From: a virus
Lineage: Duplodnaviria; Caudoviricetes
IMG/VR virus record: IMGVR_UViG_3300030012_002628
Coordinates: 1 to 52,184 of that record
DNA: 52,184 nucleotides
Strand: one strand, 5' to 3'
Shown here: positions 9,774-18,964 of the stretch, piece by piece
Numbering within the stretch: the first letter of the stretch is position 1
Layout: each line of letters begins with the position of its first letter
Notes under the pieces: generated by a model
Database searches by the model: none
What the model was told of the DNA's origin: nothing
Seen by the model: the letters and a program-made list of their open reading frames with translations, nothing else
Made by a program: the position numbers and the translations under genes

Positions 9774-10318
9774 TAGGTTTAGCGATAGGACATTCAAGAA
9801 GAGGAGATTCAGGAGCTTACACTGTTGGCAAACCAAGCGTCAGTGAGAAAAAGTTCAATACTGAATTGTTACCTCTTATAACTCCTAAGCTAAAAGTTCC
9901 TTTTAAAATATACGATGACTACAAAGCCTCCAGTTATGTAGGGGCGATGAATTATGTTTCTCGTAAAATGAGGGAAGATTTGGTGGACGCATGTATCGAG
10001 TTCCACTTTAACGCAGCAGGGCCAAGAGCAACAGGACATGAATGGTTGCATTGGGAAACTAGCCGAGGCGGGAGAAGACTTGCTAATAAATTAAAAGAAG
10101 CAATGGATAAAGAATATCCTGATCTAGCTTCTAGAGGAGTTAAACCCAGAACTAAAGGACAGCGAGGAGCTTTGTTTCTTCGCAAGACTCCTTGCTATGC
10201 TTGCATAGCGGAGCCTTTCTTTGGGTCAAACTTATCTGATGTTGAACTAATACAATCAGATTTAAATAAACTAGCATCAGTTTACGCCAAAGGGATAAAT
10301 GACTTCTATGGCAAATGA
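9770..10318 (+). CDS. Endolysin, N-acetylmuramoyl-L-alanine amidase (Amidase_3)
   Basis: AIGH...SE...EFHFNA...IAEPFF, the Zn-amidase H/E/H/E pattern. Confidence 0.9.
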   Translation: MIGLAIGHSRRGDSGAYTVGKPSVSEKKFNTELLPLITPKLKVPFKIYDDYKASSYVGAMNYVSRKMREDLVDACIEFHFNAAGPRATGHEWLHWETSRGGRRLANKLKEAMDKEYPDLASRGVKPRTKGQRGALFLRKTPCYACIAEPFFGSNLSDVELIQSDLNKLASVYAKGINDFYGK

Positions 10319-10614
10319 TTATACCAAAGAGCATACGGATAGCGGGGCAAACAATAAAGATTCGTTTTGCCGATCTTAGCGACGACGATCTGTATGGTTA
10401 TTATAGTCATGAGCGTAAAACTATTTTTATCTCTGAAGCTTTAGAGGGTAAGCCCCTTTTAAACACGGTTCGACATGAACTGATGGAAGCATCACTATGT
10501 CTTTCTGGAGTAGGATTCTGTGAAACCTTCGAACAGGAAGCTGTGGTGCGGTGTATGGATGAAGTCTTTTTCCCTGCCTACGAGCGTTTTTTAAAACGAG
10601 TAGGTGAGGGATGA
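10315..10614 (+). CDS. Small zincin-like protein
   Basis: GYY....TIFI...TVRHELMEA...E, an HExxH-like motif with H replaced by E. Confidence 0.6.
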   Translation: MIIPKSIRIAGQTIKIRFADLSDDDLYGYYSHERKTIFISEALEGKPLLNTVRHELMEASLCLSGVGFCETFEQEAVVRCMDEVFFPAYERFLKRVGEG

Positions 10615-11147
10615 GCAGAAGAAAATTACCCCAACACTTTAAAAGATCTAACGGTATGTTGGTCTTTACGCCTACTAGTGACCATGTCAAAGAGGCTTTT
10701 GAGCGTAGTGAAAAGCTAGGAGTTCTACCTAATTCTTTCACCAGAGGAGCGGGGCGTATGACTGGTTTCTTGGGTGAGGTTGCTTTTGAGTGTTTGTATC
10801 CTGAAGCTGTTTATGAAGGGGATGTGGCGTATACTCATGACTACGTGCTTGGTAAAAAGACGATAGACATAAAATCAAAAAGCTGTGCGGGAGTTCCTCA
10901 ACCCCACTACACAGCTTCTGTGAATTGTCCTGAAGGAAAGAAATTACCTGCTAAAGCTTATTTCTTTGTTCGCGTTCGTAAAGATTTCCAAAAAGCTTGG
11001 CTACTTGGGTGGGCCACAGCTCTTACTATTCAAAAAAGAGCTGAATACAAACTTCGTGGTGAGCCAGATGATTATGGGTTTACTTACAAAGTTGATGGAT
11101 ATCATCTTCCAATAGCTGCACTTAGAAAGGCTGGTTCTCTAAAGTAG
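10611..11147 (+). CDS. PD-(D/E)XK nuclease-fold protein
   Basis: GFLGEVAF...HD..LGKKTIDIKSK...YFFVRV...LLGW. Confidence 0.6.
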   Translation: MSRRKLPQHFKRSNGMLVFTPTSDHVKEAFERSEKLGVLPNSFTRGAGRMTGFLGEVAFECLYPEAVYEGDVAYTHDYVLGKKTIDIKSKSCAGVPQPHYTASVNCPEGKKLPAKAYFFVRVRKDFQKAWLLGWATALTIQKRAEYKLRGEPDDYGFTYKVDGYHLPIAALRKAGSLK

Positions 11148-13299
11148 TCTCCTCATAGTCAATGTCGAATGGGGAGGTAACATCTATTATCCATATCTTG
11201 CCACTTCCTTTACCCACAGACTTTATAGGTCTAGTAGTTTTACTATGCTTTCCAACATCCTCTAGATGAGATAAACCATTTCTAATAAAGTCAATCTTGT
11301 TGGATGCTCCTAATGGACGGCCACCATTATATGAGTGCAGAGCTACTTGAAGTTCTAATATTGTTCCCCGCCATGTAGCCATCTTTTCGTTCTGCTCTCT
11401 ACACGCTTTCGCGAAAAAGTCTATGAGTTCAGATACTTGAGATCGACTAGAGTTATCAAAGGCAGCGTAAGAAATACTCTTATCGATAAAGCTCTTAATA
11501 CCAAATCGATCATCGTCTAGTATCTCTACAGGAGGCTTCCACTCCATAAGCCATTTAGCAAAATGGGGTAACTCCTGTTCGATGATAGCTTCTAACTCTG
11601 CCTTTTTAGGAAAGTCAAAAGGTTTCTTGCAAACCTTAAACGCCATAAGTTTATCTTTGTTGCTAGAGTCCATAGTCGGCAGCACACTCATAGAGTTGGG
11701 ATCATCGTTAAGACTAACGATTATCCTGCCCGCCCAAGGAAGAGTAACTGCATCTGCATACTTGGCCATGAACTCGATTCTTGGATTAGCAACTCCACGC
11801 TTAATAAGCTCTGTAGCTTTACGTTGATCTTGGAAAGAAGCAGCACTAACTGTGTCATCAATAACCCAGCAAGCAGCTCTACCTAAGTCTTTATTAAACT
11901 TTGTTCCACCAGACAGGTAGTCACTTGCATCTGCGAATCCCCCCACAAGGGCTGCAATAATCTTATTAGATACAAGTGTTTTACCTCTTTTGGCAGGGCC
12001 AACTAAAATACAAGCCTGACCTTGATCCTCTTGGTTGTTGTAGAAAGCTTTGTAGTATCTTTGTAACCACCCAAAGAAATAATACTTACTCCGAATCTTC
12101 GTAGAATCTACAAAGAACTGATCGAAAAACATATTAAGCCAAGGCCACTTGTCAGGATCTCCATCAGATGCAGGTTCTATCGGACACACTGTAGCTGAGT
12201 TGAGGATCTGCAAACCGTTGTAGGAAACAATCCTTTCGTTTCTTCTAAAGACTACGGGGGCGATCTCATCAATTCTGTTCGTATTACTTATAAGAACAAT
12301 AGCTGCTTCAACTTCAGATACGTTTTCTCCTTTCTTGGGTCTCCCTCCTTTGAATCCTCTTTGCTTTAACTCTAATACCAATTGATCTCTAGGTATAGGT
12401 TTCGCTGTTCCATGTAACAGTTTAAAGAACTGTCTACCGTTAAACCAATACTCATCAAGAAGATCGCCCATCTTTTGCTCTTCAAAGTCTTTGACAAAGT
12501 CAGGGCCAAAAATATCTCTCCATGTTTTCCAAGCTGCGTCACGATCTGAATAAACAATCATGCCATCTTCAAATACCTGACAACCTTCTCTCTCAATCCC
12601 GTCATCGATCCAGAAGAGAGGGCCTCTTGAACCTACTTCAAAGTCTCCTATCCATCTGTTGGGGAATCTCTTTTCTACCTCCTCTGCAATAATATCAATC
12701 GGAATAGATGTATCCTTTGATTCTGGGGGCTTCTCTTTAGCTGCTTTAAATAAAGCTGTTTGAACAATAGAGCTAGGAATCTTACCACCCATCTTTACCC
12801 AATCTGTTCCTATCTCCATCAACTGAGAAGGGGCTTCTGACTTTTTGTCATACCCAGCGAAGATCTTGTGGTATTGAAGCATCTGCTTTAGATGCTTAAA
12901 GAATGGAGTTACTAGTGTGTAGTGGATAGACAGCGTCTCTTCTAATTCAAAGAACAACCGTATGTATCCACTATATGTCCTGCAATACCATGCTGGAAGA
13001 GCTTTCGGACACTTCGCATTGATGATGTCTTTTACATTCGGCCAATCAGGTGGGGCATCGAAGTCTGCTGGGATCGCGTGGATCTTACATATTTTGTTTT
13101 CCCCTTCAATTCGTGCATTTGGATTTATGCCCTCGAACCCTGTTAAGAAGGCATGATCTGTATCACTCTTAGCACACCATTCTCTATATAAAGCTTTTGA
13201 TTTAAAGTGGGGTATTGGTTTTACTTCGATCTCTGTTGGATCGTTTACTGTTATTAAAGCGTCTTTTGATTTTAAGTTTTTAAGGTATTTAATTTTCAT
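11122..13299 (-). CDS. Primase-helicase (primpol-like N-terminus plus P-loop NTPase)
   Basis: N-terminal ADFD and RTYSGYIRL; Walker A GPAKRGKT; Walker B VIDD; adjacent to the DNA polymerase. Confidence 0.75.
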   Translation of the reverse strand: MKIKYLKNLKSKDALITVNDPTEIEVKPIPHFKSKALYREWCAKSDTDHAFLTGFEGINPNARIEGENKICKIHAIPADFDAPPDWPNVKDIINAKCPKALPAWYCRTYSGYIRLFFELEETLSIHYTLVTPFFKHLKQMLQYHKIFAGYDKKSEAPSQLMEIGTDWVKMGGKIPSSIVQTALFKAAKEKPPESKDTSIPIDIIAEEVEKRFPNRWIGDFEVGSRGPLFWIDDGIEREGCQVFEDGMIVYSDRDAAWKTWRDIFGPDFVKDFEEQKMGDLLDEYWFNGRQFFKLLHGTAKPIPRDQLVLELKQRGFKGGRPKKGENVSEVEAAIVLISNTNRIDEIAPVVFRRNERIVSYNGLQILNSATVCPIEPASDGDPDKWPWLNMFFDQFFVDSTKIRSKYYFFGWLQRYYKAFYNNQEDQGQACILVGPAKRGKTLVSNKIIAALVGGFADASDYLSGGTKFNKDLGRAACWVIDDTVSAASFQDQRKATELIKRGVANPRIEFMAKYADAVTLPWAGRIIVSLNDDPNSMSVLPTMDSSNKDKLMAFKVCKKPFDFPKKAELEAIIEQELPHFAKWLMEWKPPVEILDDDRFGIKSFIDKSISYAAFDNSSRSQVSELIDFFAKACREQNEKMATWRGTILELQVALHSYNGGRPLGASNKIDFIRNGLSHLEDVGKHSKTTRPIKSVGKGSGKIWIIDVTSPFDIDYEETTLENQPF

Positions 13300-15089
13300 T
13301 TTTCATATCTGTCTTGTATTGATCCTTCTGCGTCTACGGGTATATCGTCAATCCATTTAGGGGGTTCCGACATAATTCTAATGACTTCTTCTAAAGTCTC
13401 TTGTGCTTTATCGGCATCCGATTCCACAACTAGTTCATCATGAACGTGCATAATTATTTTATGACCTGCTGCATCAACTCTTAGGAGCATATCAGAAAAG
13501 ATATCTCTCGCTAATGCTTGAGAGGCATTCTCTGCTACTAGACCTCCCCATAATCTGACGGCTGCATACTTGCCGTGACGAGGGACTTTAGCCGTGTATT
13601 GTGTGTTCTTTGGGTCTCCCCCTTTTTGCAGAGTCCCGTAATCTAAAACTCTCCCGCTTGGAAGTTTGACAGTGAATTCAGATTGAAGCTCATTGCCGTC
13701 TTTATCGTATCCTTTTGTAGCACGAGTAGATGCTGCAATATCTTCACTATAGGAGAACCAAAGATCCTTAATCTTCTTCATCTTGTTCCTGTAAGTATCC
13801 ACTCTTTTCTGAGCTTCCTTTTCTGTGATGTTAGACATACTCGCAAATCGTTTTGCTCCCGCCCCATAACCACAACCTAAGACCATCGCCTTAACAGCGT
13901 GTCGTTTTTCTGGGTCTTCTTTTTTAAGTATGCCATCCTCTTTATCCCACATCCCAAATCTGATGGCAAAGGCTTCGTAGATATCATCTGTGTTTTTAAT
14001 CTCCTCCATCATTTCGCGATCCTTAGCTAACCAGCAAAGTGTTCTTACTTCAATCTGAGAAAGGTCTACCACGATTAATTTTTTGTCAGGTTCGGGGCAA
14101 ATTAAATGGCGTAGGGTTACACCAAACATCTCATCCCTCGGTAAGTTCTGTAAATTGAGGTTACCCCCAGATCCACTAAATCTACCCGTGTGTGCTCCAA
14201 AATACATACATCCACCGTAATATCTACCGTCGGGCATGGTGGCGTAATCAAAGCTCTCTAGTTTCTTTTTGATGGAGTTTATTCTTCTCCAGTTCTTAAC
14301 AGCTCCTATCCACTTGTGTTGTTCGCTATGCTCCTTGATCCACTCTTGGGCATCTTCATCCGCTTCCGCGAGACTTACTGGTGGTTCAATACCAAGCAAT
14401 AAACACTGCTGATCAAAAGCTGCCCTACTAAGAAGGGGTTTCTCATCCAACCAAGGGATGTTTTCTTCGGCTTCAAATAAAGCTTTGTTGATTGTCTCTA
14501 ACTGTTTCTTTAGAAGTTCAGTATCAATTGGAATGCCTCTTTGAACTATCCTTCGATTTACCCGACTGATGTCCCTTTCAAACTGAGGCCATTTATCTTT
14601 AAGTGTCTCCCATAGCTTGAGACATAGTTCACTATCCTTGAGGGCATATTCACTGACCTCTTCTTTAAACTCTGGGGACATATCCTCCCATCGTTTACCA
14701 GACATATTGTCTCGTGTAGATTTGTCTACAGAGAGATTGAAGAGTTGAGCCGTGGATCCTTTTAATGATCTAGGTAACTTGCAATATGCTGCTAGGTCTG
14801 CAGTGCAGTGCCATTCTGCTGGTTCACAATTAGGCCACCAGTTACGGGATACACCATACAGGAACAAGGTTTCATCAAAGGAGGCATTGTGTGACAGCAC
14901 AATATTGCCATCCAACAAACTCCAATCAAAATCTTTCGGATGACCTACAAAGCTTGTCCCCTCTGTTCCAACGACGGATACCATGTAGGCATCGAAGTTG
15001 GGGTGACTAAAGTATCCCAAAACTCCTAGAGTTTTTATTGAGCATTCTTTGTCATAGTAGGTTTCGTAATCTAAAGCAAAAGTTTCCAT
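13296..15089 (-). CDS. DNA polymerase family A with 3'-5' exonuclease
   Basis: Exonuclease motifs DYET, HNASFD and YALKD; TGRFSG, NLQNLP, motif A DLSQIEVR, motif B R..VK...LGCGYG, motif C VHDE. Confidence 0.95.
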   Translation of the reverse strand: METFALDYETYYDKECSIKTLGVLGYFSHPNFDAYMVSVVGTEGTSFVGHPKDFDWSLLDGNIVLSHNASFDETLFLYGVSRNWWPNCEPAEWHCTADLAAYCKLPRSLKGSTAQLFNLSVDKSTRDNMSGKRWEDMSPEFKEEVSEYALKDSELCLKLWETLKDKWPQFERDISRVNRRIVQRGIPIDTELLKKQLETINKALFEAEENIPWLDEKPLLSRAAFDQQCLLLGIEPPVSLAEADEDAQEWIKEHSEQHKWIGAVKNWRRINSIKKKLESFDYATMPDGRYYGGCMYFGAHTGRFSGSGGNLNLQNLPRDEMFGVTLRHLICPEPDKKLIVVDLSQIEVRTLCWLAKDREMMEEIKNTDDIYEAFAIRFGMWDKEDGILKKEDPEKRHAVKAMVLGCGYGAGAKRFASMSNITEKEAQKRVDTYRNKMKKIKDLWFSYSEDIAASTRATKGYDKDGNELQSEFTVKLPSGRVLDYGTLQKGGDPKNTQYTAKVPRHGKYAAVRLWGGLVAENASQALARDIFSDMLLRVDAAGHKIIMHVHDELVVESDADKAQETLEEVIRIMSEPPKWIDDIPVDAEGSIQDRYEK

Positions 15090-15099
15090 AATTTAACTT

Positions 15100-15224
15100 T
15101 ACCCCGCCCCCAATTAGTGAGCAATGATGCTAATAGGGGACGGGGTATATGTTATTGGGCTTTTATGCGCTTACCCAAGGGCGGATGACTAACCAGTGTG
15201 ATATAAACACCGACGCATTACCAG
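15100..15224 (-). ncRNA. Candidate cis-regulatory structured RNA (pseudoknot plus hairpin) in the DNA polymerase leader
   Basis: Crossing stems AUGCGU/GCGCAU and UUGGGU/GCCCAA, inner stem CGGUGU/ACACUG, then a long GC hairpin 10 nt before the ATG. Confidence 0.6.
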
Positions 15225-15225
15225 A

Positions 15226-15447
15226 TTAATGTAGGCTGTTTCCTTCAACATAATCCTCTGTAGGAGCAAGTTCCAAAAAAGTCTCCTTATGGATATCCTG
15301 AAGATTCTTCTCAAGCCCTTGTAAAAGAATTTTATTAGCAGTCAAAGCAGTCTGTGAATTTTCCAGAACTGACTCTAACTCCTGAATCGTTTTCTTCATG
15401 GCTTTGATTTCAGCCTCATAAACTTCTTGGTGTGTAAGAGTAGCCAT
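15226..15447 (-). CDS. Hypothetical coiled-coil protein
   Basis: 73 aa with a heptad pattern, in the replication operon. Confidence 0.7.
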   Translation of the reverse strand: MATLTHQEVYEAEIKAMKKTIQELESVLENSQTALTANKILLQGLEKNLQDIHKETFLELAPTEDYVEGNSLH

Positions 15448-15448
15448 A

Positions 15449-16105
15449 TTACTGATTCATAAACCCTTCCACAAATGAGATTACTTCTTTGCTTGGCTCA
15501 TCTTGCGTAATAGCAAGAGAAGGTGCAAACCATGAATACTTACCTCTGGTGATAGCAGAGGAAGTAAGATTCCACAACCTAGTGTGAATTGGTGTAGTCT
15601 TGTTAAATACAGCAAAGGTAGTCAACCTTTTGAAGGTCTGCCTATAGGCATCCTTCGCTACATTAATGCGACCCATAGCGTAGTTCTTCTTACCTAGCGG
15701 AAGAGGGAAAGCCTCAACATCATCATCCCCCTCAAAGAGGAAAGTGATCTCAGCAAATTCAAGGAGGTTATACTCGCTATCCAAAGCTAGTTGATTCTTC
15801 TCTGCTTCAGACCCCGCAATTCTGGGGACATCGTCAGAGTCATAAGGGATATCCTCTCTCCATTGCTTTGTTGCAATCAAAGGAACAACTTTAATAGCCG
15901 TCTCTGGCTGGGCTAATACAATAGACTTATCTAGGACGATAGACCCGTAAGGAGCGGGTTCGCCATCGCGACAAGTAATGTCGCTAGTCTTTTGGACTAC
16001 GTTCACGCGAGGGATGTCAATATCCGAAGCGTCGATTGTGTCTGGCAGTGCTGCTGTTGACAGTGCATTGACAGGTTGGGTTGCTAGTTCAGTTTCTTTA
16101 CTCAT
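15449..16105 (-). CDS. Putative single-stranded DNA-binding protein
   Basis: 218 aa, DIDIPRVNVVQKTS motif, located between the exonuclease and the polymerase as phage SSBs usually are. Confidence 0.55.
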   Translation of the reverse strand: MSKETELATQPVNALSTAALPDTIDASDIDIPRVNVVQKTSDITCRDGEPAPYGSIVLDKSIVLAQPETAIKVVPLIATKQWREDIPYDSDDVPRIAGSEAEKNQLALDSEYNLLEFAEITFLFEGDDDVEAFPLPLGKKNYAMGRINVAKDAYRQTFKRLTTFAVFNKTTPIHTRLWNLTSSAITRGKYSWFAPSLAITQDEPSKEVISFVEGFMNQ

Positions 16106-16143
16106 GTTTCTAGTTTCTTGTTTCTAGTTTCTTGTTTCTTGTT
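16106..16143. repeat. Tandem heptamer GTTTCT(A/T), about 5.4 copies
   Basis: gtttcta gtttctt gtttcta gtttctt gtttctt gtt fills the spacer directly upstream of the SSB start codon. Confidence 0.9.
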
Positions 16144-16147
16144 ATCC

Positions 16148-17263
16148 TCAAGACAATGTATGCCTTGCGGGAGATTCTTCGATGATCCCTTGGTCATTGC
16201 ATCTCTGCATAAACTCATCGGATCTGTTTTGCTTTTGTCCCCTCTCGGCTTTGTCACCGATTGACTTCGCCACTTTCGCGAGAGGGATGGAAACTTGTTC
16301 TAAGACTTGATCGCTGTCCAATCCAAAGTCGTTAGCCAGCTTAATAAATTTCTTTTTGTCTGTAATGTTACGCCTACCCGCCATTTGTTTCAGGCGAAGG
16401 TTAGGGAACTCCAGACCTTCTTGAGCTAATTTGATTGCTCTTTTCTTAAATCCGTCCGCCCAATTGGTAACGATTTTTTGTATAGCCCACAGTTGCTCTA
16501 TAACTTCTGGGTCTTCCGTAGAATCGAGATCAACATCAGGAAGTTGTGGGTTAATTTTTTTAGCAACTTCTACAACAAGTCCCCCAAGAGCAGGGCAAAT
16601 GTCTTCAAACTTACAGAATCTACAATTAACCGTTGGCGTAAGCTCTCCCAATTCTGGAGTTCCATTATCCCACTTTGGCCTAACTCTTTCTGCTTCGAGT
16701 ATGACAGAAGAAAGATCGTCGATAAGGTCTTCTAATTCATCTCTACTAAAAGTGTCAGATAAGATTTCATTCCGTTGTGGGATGAAAAATACGAATTCAA
16801 TCTTTTCTAATTTAGGGAACCTCTGGAAACACCCTATTGTATAAGCACGAGCTTGATAATTATTTTTGGGAGTGTCGATCTTACTGATACCCGTTTTGTA
16901 GTCGATCAACACCCCCTCTGTTTCCCCATATATGCTGAGATGGTCACAGGTTCCAAAGGTAGAAGTTCCTTTCAATTCTATATCGAGGATAATTTCTGAG
17001 TGAGTCTCAGATAGATCTCTATCTTCGTAGTTCTTCAAATACTCAGTCTGGTCAGCAATGATTTCTTCGTAAATAGAAATCTCTTCTTCAGACTGTAGAT
17101 TAGATGGATCTAAAATTTCTATAGCTTCGTGGATACGAGTACCCATTTCAGCAGCAGCATTAGTACCTTCTCTACCTTTGTAGCCAGCGCAACCCGCACA
17201 GTATTTTAAGGAGGACGGAGAAAACTCAGCGTGTCCTCTGTCAGCGTGGTCTGGTATGTTCAT
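16148..17263 (-). CDS. DUF2800 / Cas4-like PD-(D/E)XK exonuclease
   Basis: HAEFSPSS..C, GT.IH, GTCD, IDYKTG, CRFC....CP; start set at ATG 17263 from promoter spacing. Confidence 0.85.
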   Translation of the reverse strand: MNIPDHADRGHAEFSPSSLKYCAGCAGYKGREGTNAAAEMGTRIHEAIEILDPSNLQSEEEISIYEEIIADQTEYLKNYEDRDLSETHSEIILDIELKGTSTFGTCDHLSIYGETEGVLIDYKTGISKIDTPKNNYQARAYTIGCFQRFPKLEKIEFVFFIPQRNEILSDTFSRDELEDLIDDLSSVILEAERVRPKWDNGTPELGELTPTVNCRFCKFEDICPALGGLVVEVAKKINPQLPDVDLDSTEDPEVIEQLWAIQKIVTNWADGFKKRAIKLAQEGLEFPNLRLKQMAGRRNITDKKKFIKLANDFGLDSDQVLEQVSIPLAKVAKSIGDKAERGQKQNRSDEFMQRCNDQGIIEESPARHTLS

Positions 17264-17270
17264 CAGACGC

Positions 17271-17299
17271 ACTGTGGAGCAAACCTAGAATTAGGTCAA
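17271..17299 (-). promoter_or_regulatory. sigma70-like leaderless promoter
   Basis: TTGACC-N17-CACAGT, 7 nt before ATG 17263. Confidence 0.5.
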
Positions 17300-17307
17300 T
17301 TGTTTTT

Positions 17308-17793
17308 TCAATTTTTTTGTGTGTCCCTGTAATAACGGGCAACAAGGAATGCATCGACCATTCCGTCATGGGGTTTACGACACCTTTTATTTTTTAACCA
17401 ACACTCTTTTGGGGCCAGCTCTTCTGCTTTGGCGATAGCAGCTTGCTTGGTCATTCCTTTCCCAATGAATCCCAACATTTTCTTTTGCCATTTATGAACA
17501 GATATTCGTTGGACATCATATTCATTTGCTTCCGCCATTCCCACAATCTTTCCAAAAGACAACGCCATAGACCTTACAGCTTGAGAACTCTTTGCATGAG
17601 CTAGTGGCTCTTCGATGGCAATAGTAAAAGGTGTGTTAAGAAACAGAATCCATTTCTTTAAAGCACGAGTATCTACTTCTCTCTTTTTGAGAACCCATTT
17701 TGTGGGCATTACAATCTTGTCTATAACCGACCCATCGAATTTAGATACAGCGCAAAGTCCTCCGTCTAATCCGTTGTCTATTCCTATGATCAA
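17308..17793 (-). CDS. RuvC-like Holliday junction resolvase
   Basis: IIGIDNGLDGG, IAIEE, SFG, KWQK and DGMVDAFLVA. Confidence 0.85.
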   Translation of the reverse strand: MIIGIDNGLDGGLCAVSKFDGSVIDKIVMPTKWVLKKREVDTRALKKWILFLNTPFTIAIEEPLAHAKSSQAVRSMALSFGKIVGMAEANEYDVQRISVHKWQKKMLGFIGKGMTKQAAIAKAEELAPKECWLKNKRCRKPHDGMVDAFLVARYYRDTQKN

Positions 17794-18023
17794 AATAAAT
17801 TTAAAGTAATGATTAAACCGTCCCCTTCTGCGGGAGCGTATATAAATACATTCTTGGGGAGAGCTTGTAAAAAGAAAACTTCTTTTGCAGTGGATGGTAG
17901 AACTCTATAGAACGCTCCTTCTAGTTGTTTGATTGAGAAACTAAAGTCTTCCTTCAAAGGATCATCTTTTCTTATGATCACTTTGGGGTTGTGAATAAGC
18001 TCTTTGTCTCTGAACAACGTCAT
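17790..18023 (-). CDS. Hypothetical protein
   Basis: ORF within the operon; start moved to the TAATG-coupled ATG at 18023. Confidence 0.6.
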   Translation of the reverse strand: MTLFRDKELIHNPKVIIRKDDPLKEDFSFSIKQLEGAFYRVLPSTAKEVFFLQALPKNVFIYAPAEGDGLIITLNLF

Positions 18024-18361
18024 TACTTTTCTACTATACTTGTGTCCAAAAAGCACGGAGCTGCGGGGCCTAAGTCGCAGTCGATTAGTTGAGACAAAGC
18101 AAACCCTGCGTCTTCTTCAGATAAACCGTGTTCCTCTTGTAATATTGCTTTCGCAATAGAGCTGCTATAACACGCAACAGGAGGCCCGTTTGCTAGTTCC
18201 ACTATACCAACTAAAGCGTCTTCTAGTTGATGAAAGAAGATGACCTCCGCAAAACTTTGTTCTTTCCCATTACTGGGAGTCAGACTCCTTTTATTATAAG
18301 GATCTTTTTTGGGGTCATAATGCCAAGAGAAGTTGTCAAAATTATTTATCATTTGGTTCAA
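18023..18361 (-). CDS. Conserved-looking phage hypothetical protein
   Basis: LEDALVGIV...VACY...LGP.AP.F pattern recalled from other phage proteins. Confidence 0.6.
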   Translation of the reverse strand: MNQMINNFDNFSWHYDPKKDPYNKRSLTPSNGKEQSFAEVIFFHQLEDALVGIVELANGPPVACYSSSIAKAILQEEHGLSEEDAGFALSQLIDCDLGPAAPCFLDTSIVEK

Positions 18362-18935
18362 TGTCTATAATGGTTCCTTCTCCTCTATCGGCTTTCTTGT
18401 TATTAAGAATAGATATATCTATCTGCATTTTACTAGATGCTCCCCCTCCTGTTTTAGAATTTAATCCTAAATTTCTTCTTATGAGTTGATCTAACTCAGA
18501 TAGTTCTCTCACTGTCTTAGGCCCTTTTAAGTTGTTCATATTGTCCCTTAAAAGTTTAATTCCCGCAGCAGCGATGTAGTGCTGATATTTATCAGCGGGA
18601 CTACTTTGACTATCTGCGATCTCCATCATCGTTTGATCTTCTTCCATGCGAGCATCATGCTTTGCTCTAAGAACAGCTTCGTCGGTCATGTTCTCTAAGT
18701 TTTGCTCTATGTCTTGCCCTAATTTATCTTGGCATTGTTGTGCTACAGGTTCATGTTGCACTTTCTCCGACATCTCCAGACCATTTTTTCTGGCTGGTAT
18801 CCCCCTTTTTTTAAACCAACGTCTTACTGTTCCTGCATGAACACCCAACTCCTTCGCAATCGAACTTGTCTTCCAGTCTAAATTATACAATTCGACTGCA
18901 CGTTCTTGAATTTCTTGTTTGGAATTGATACCCAT
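18342..18935 (-). CDS. HTH protein, probable terminase small subunit
   Basis: N-terminal HTH (SIAKELGVHAGTVRRW), helical oligomerisation region, C-terminal QIDISIL; adjacent to TerL. Confidence 0.55.
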   Translation of the reverse strand: MGINSKQEIQERAVELYNLDWKTSSIAKELGVHAGTVRRWFKKRGIPARKNGLEMSEKVQHEPVAQQCQDKLGQDIEQNLENMTDEAVLRAKHDARMEEDQTMMEIADSQSSPADKYQHYIAAAGIKLLRDNMNNLKGPKTVRELSELDQLIRRNLGLNSKTGGGASSKMQIDISILNNKKADRGEGTIIDIEPNDK

Positions 18936-18964
18936 TTTTTTCTGATTTATTGTTTATAATAATT

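Noticed and set aside
15151-15224. Known ribozyme or SAM-II riboswitch
   Set aside because: The conserved cores of hammerhead, twister, pistol, HDV and SAM-II were not recognisable by eye; kept as an unknown RNA
16148-17263. CRISPR-associated Cas4
   Set aside because: It sits in the replication operon as a DUF2800-type exonuclease, with no cas1/cas2 or array
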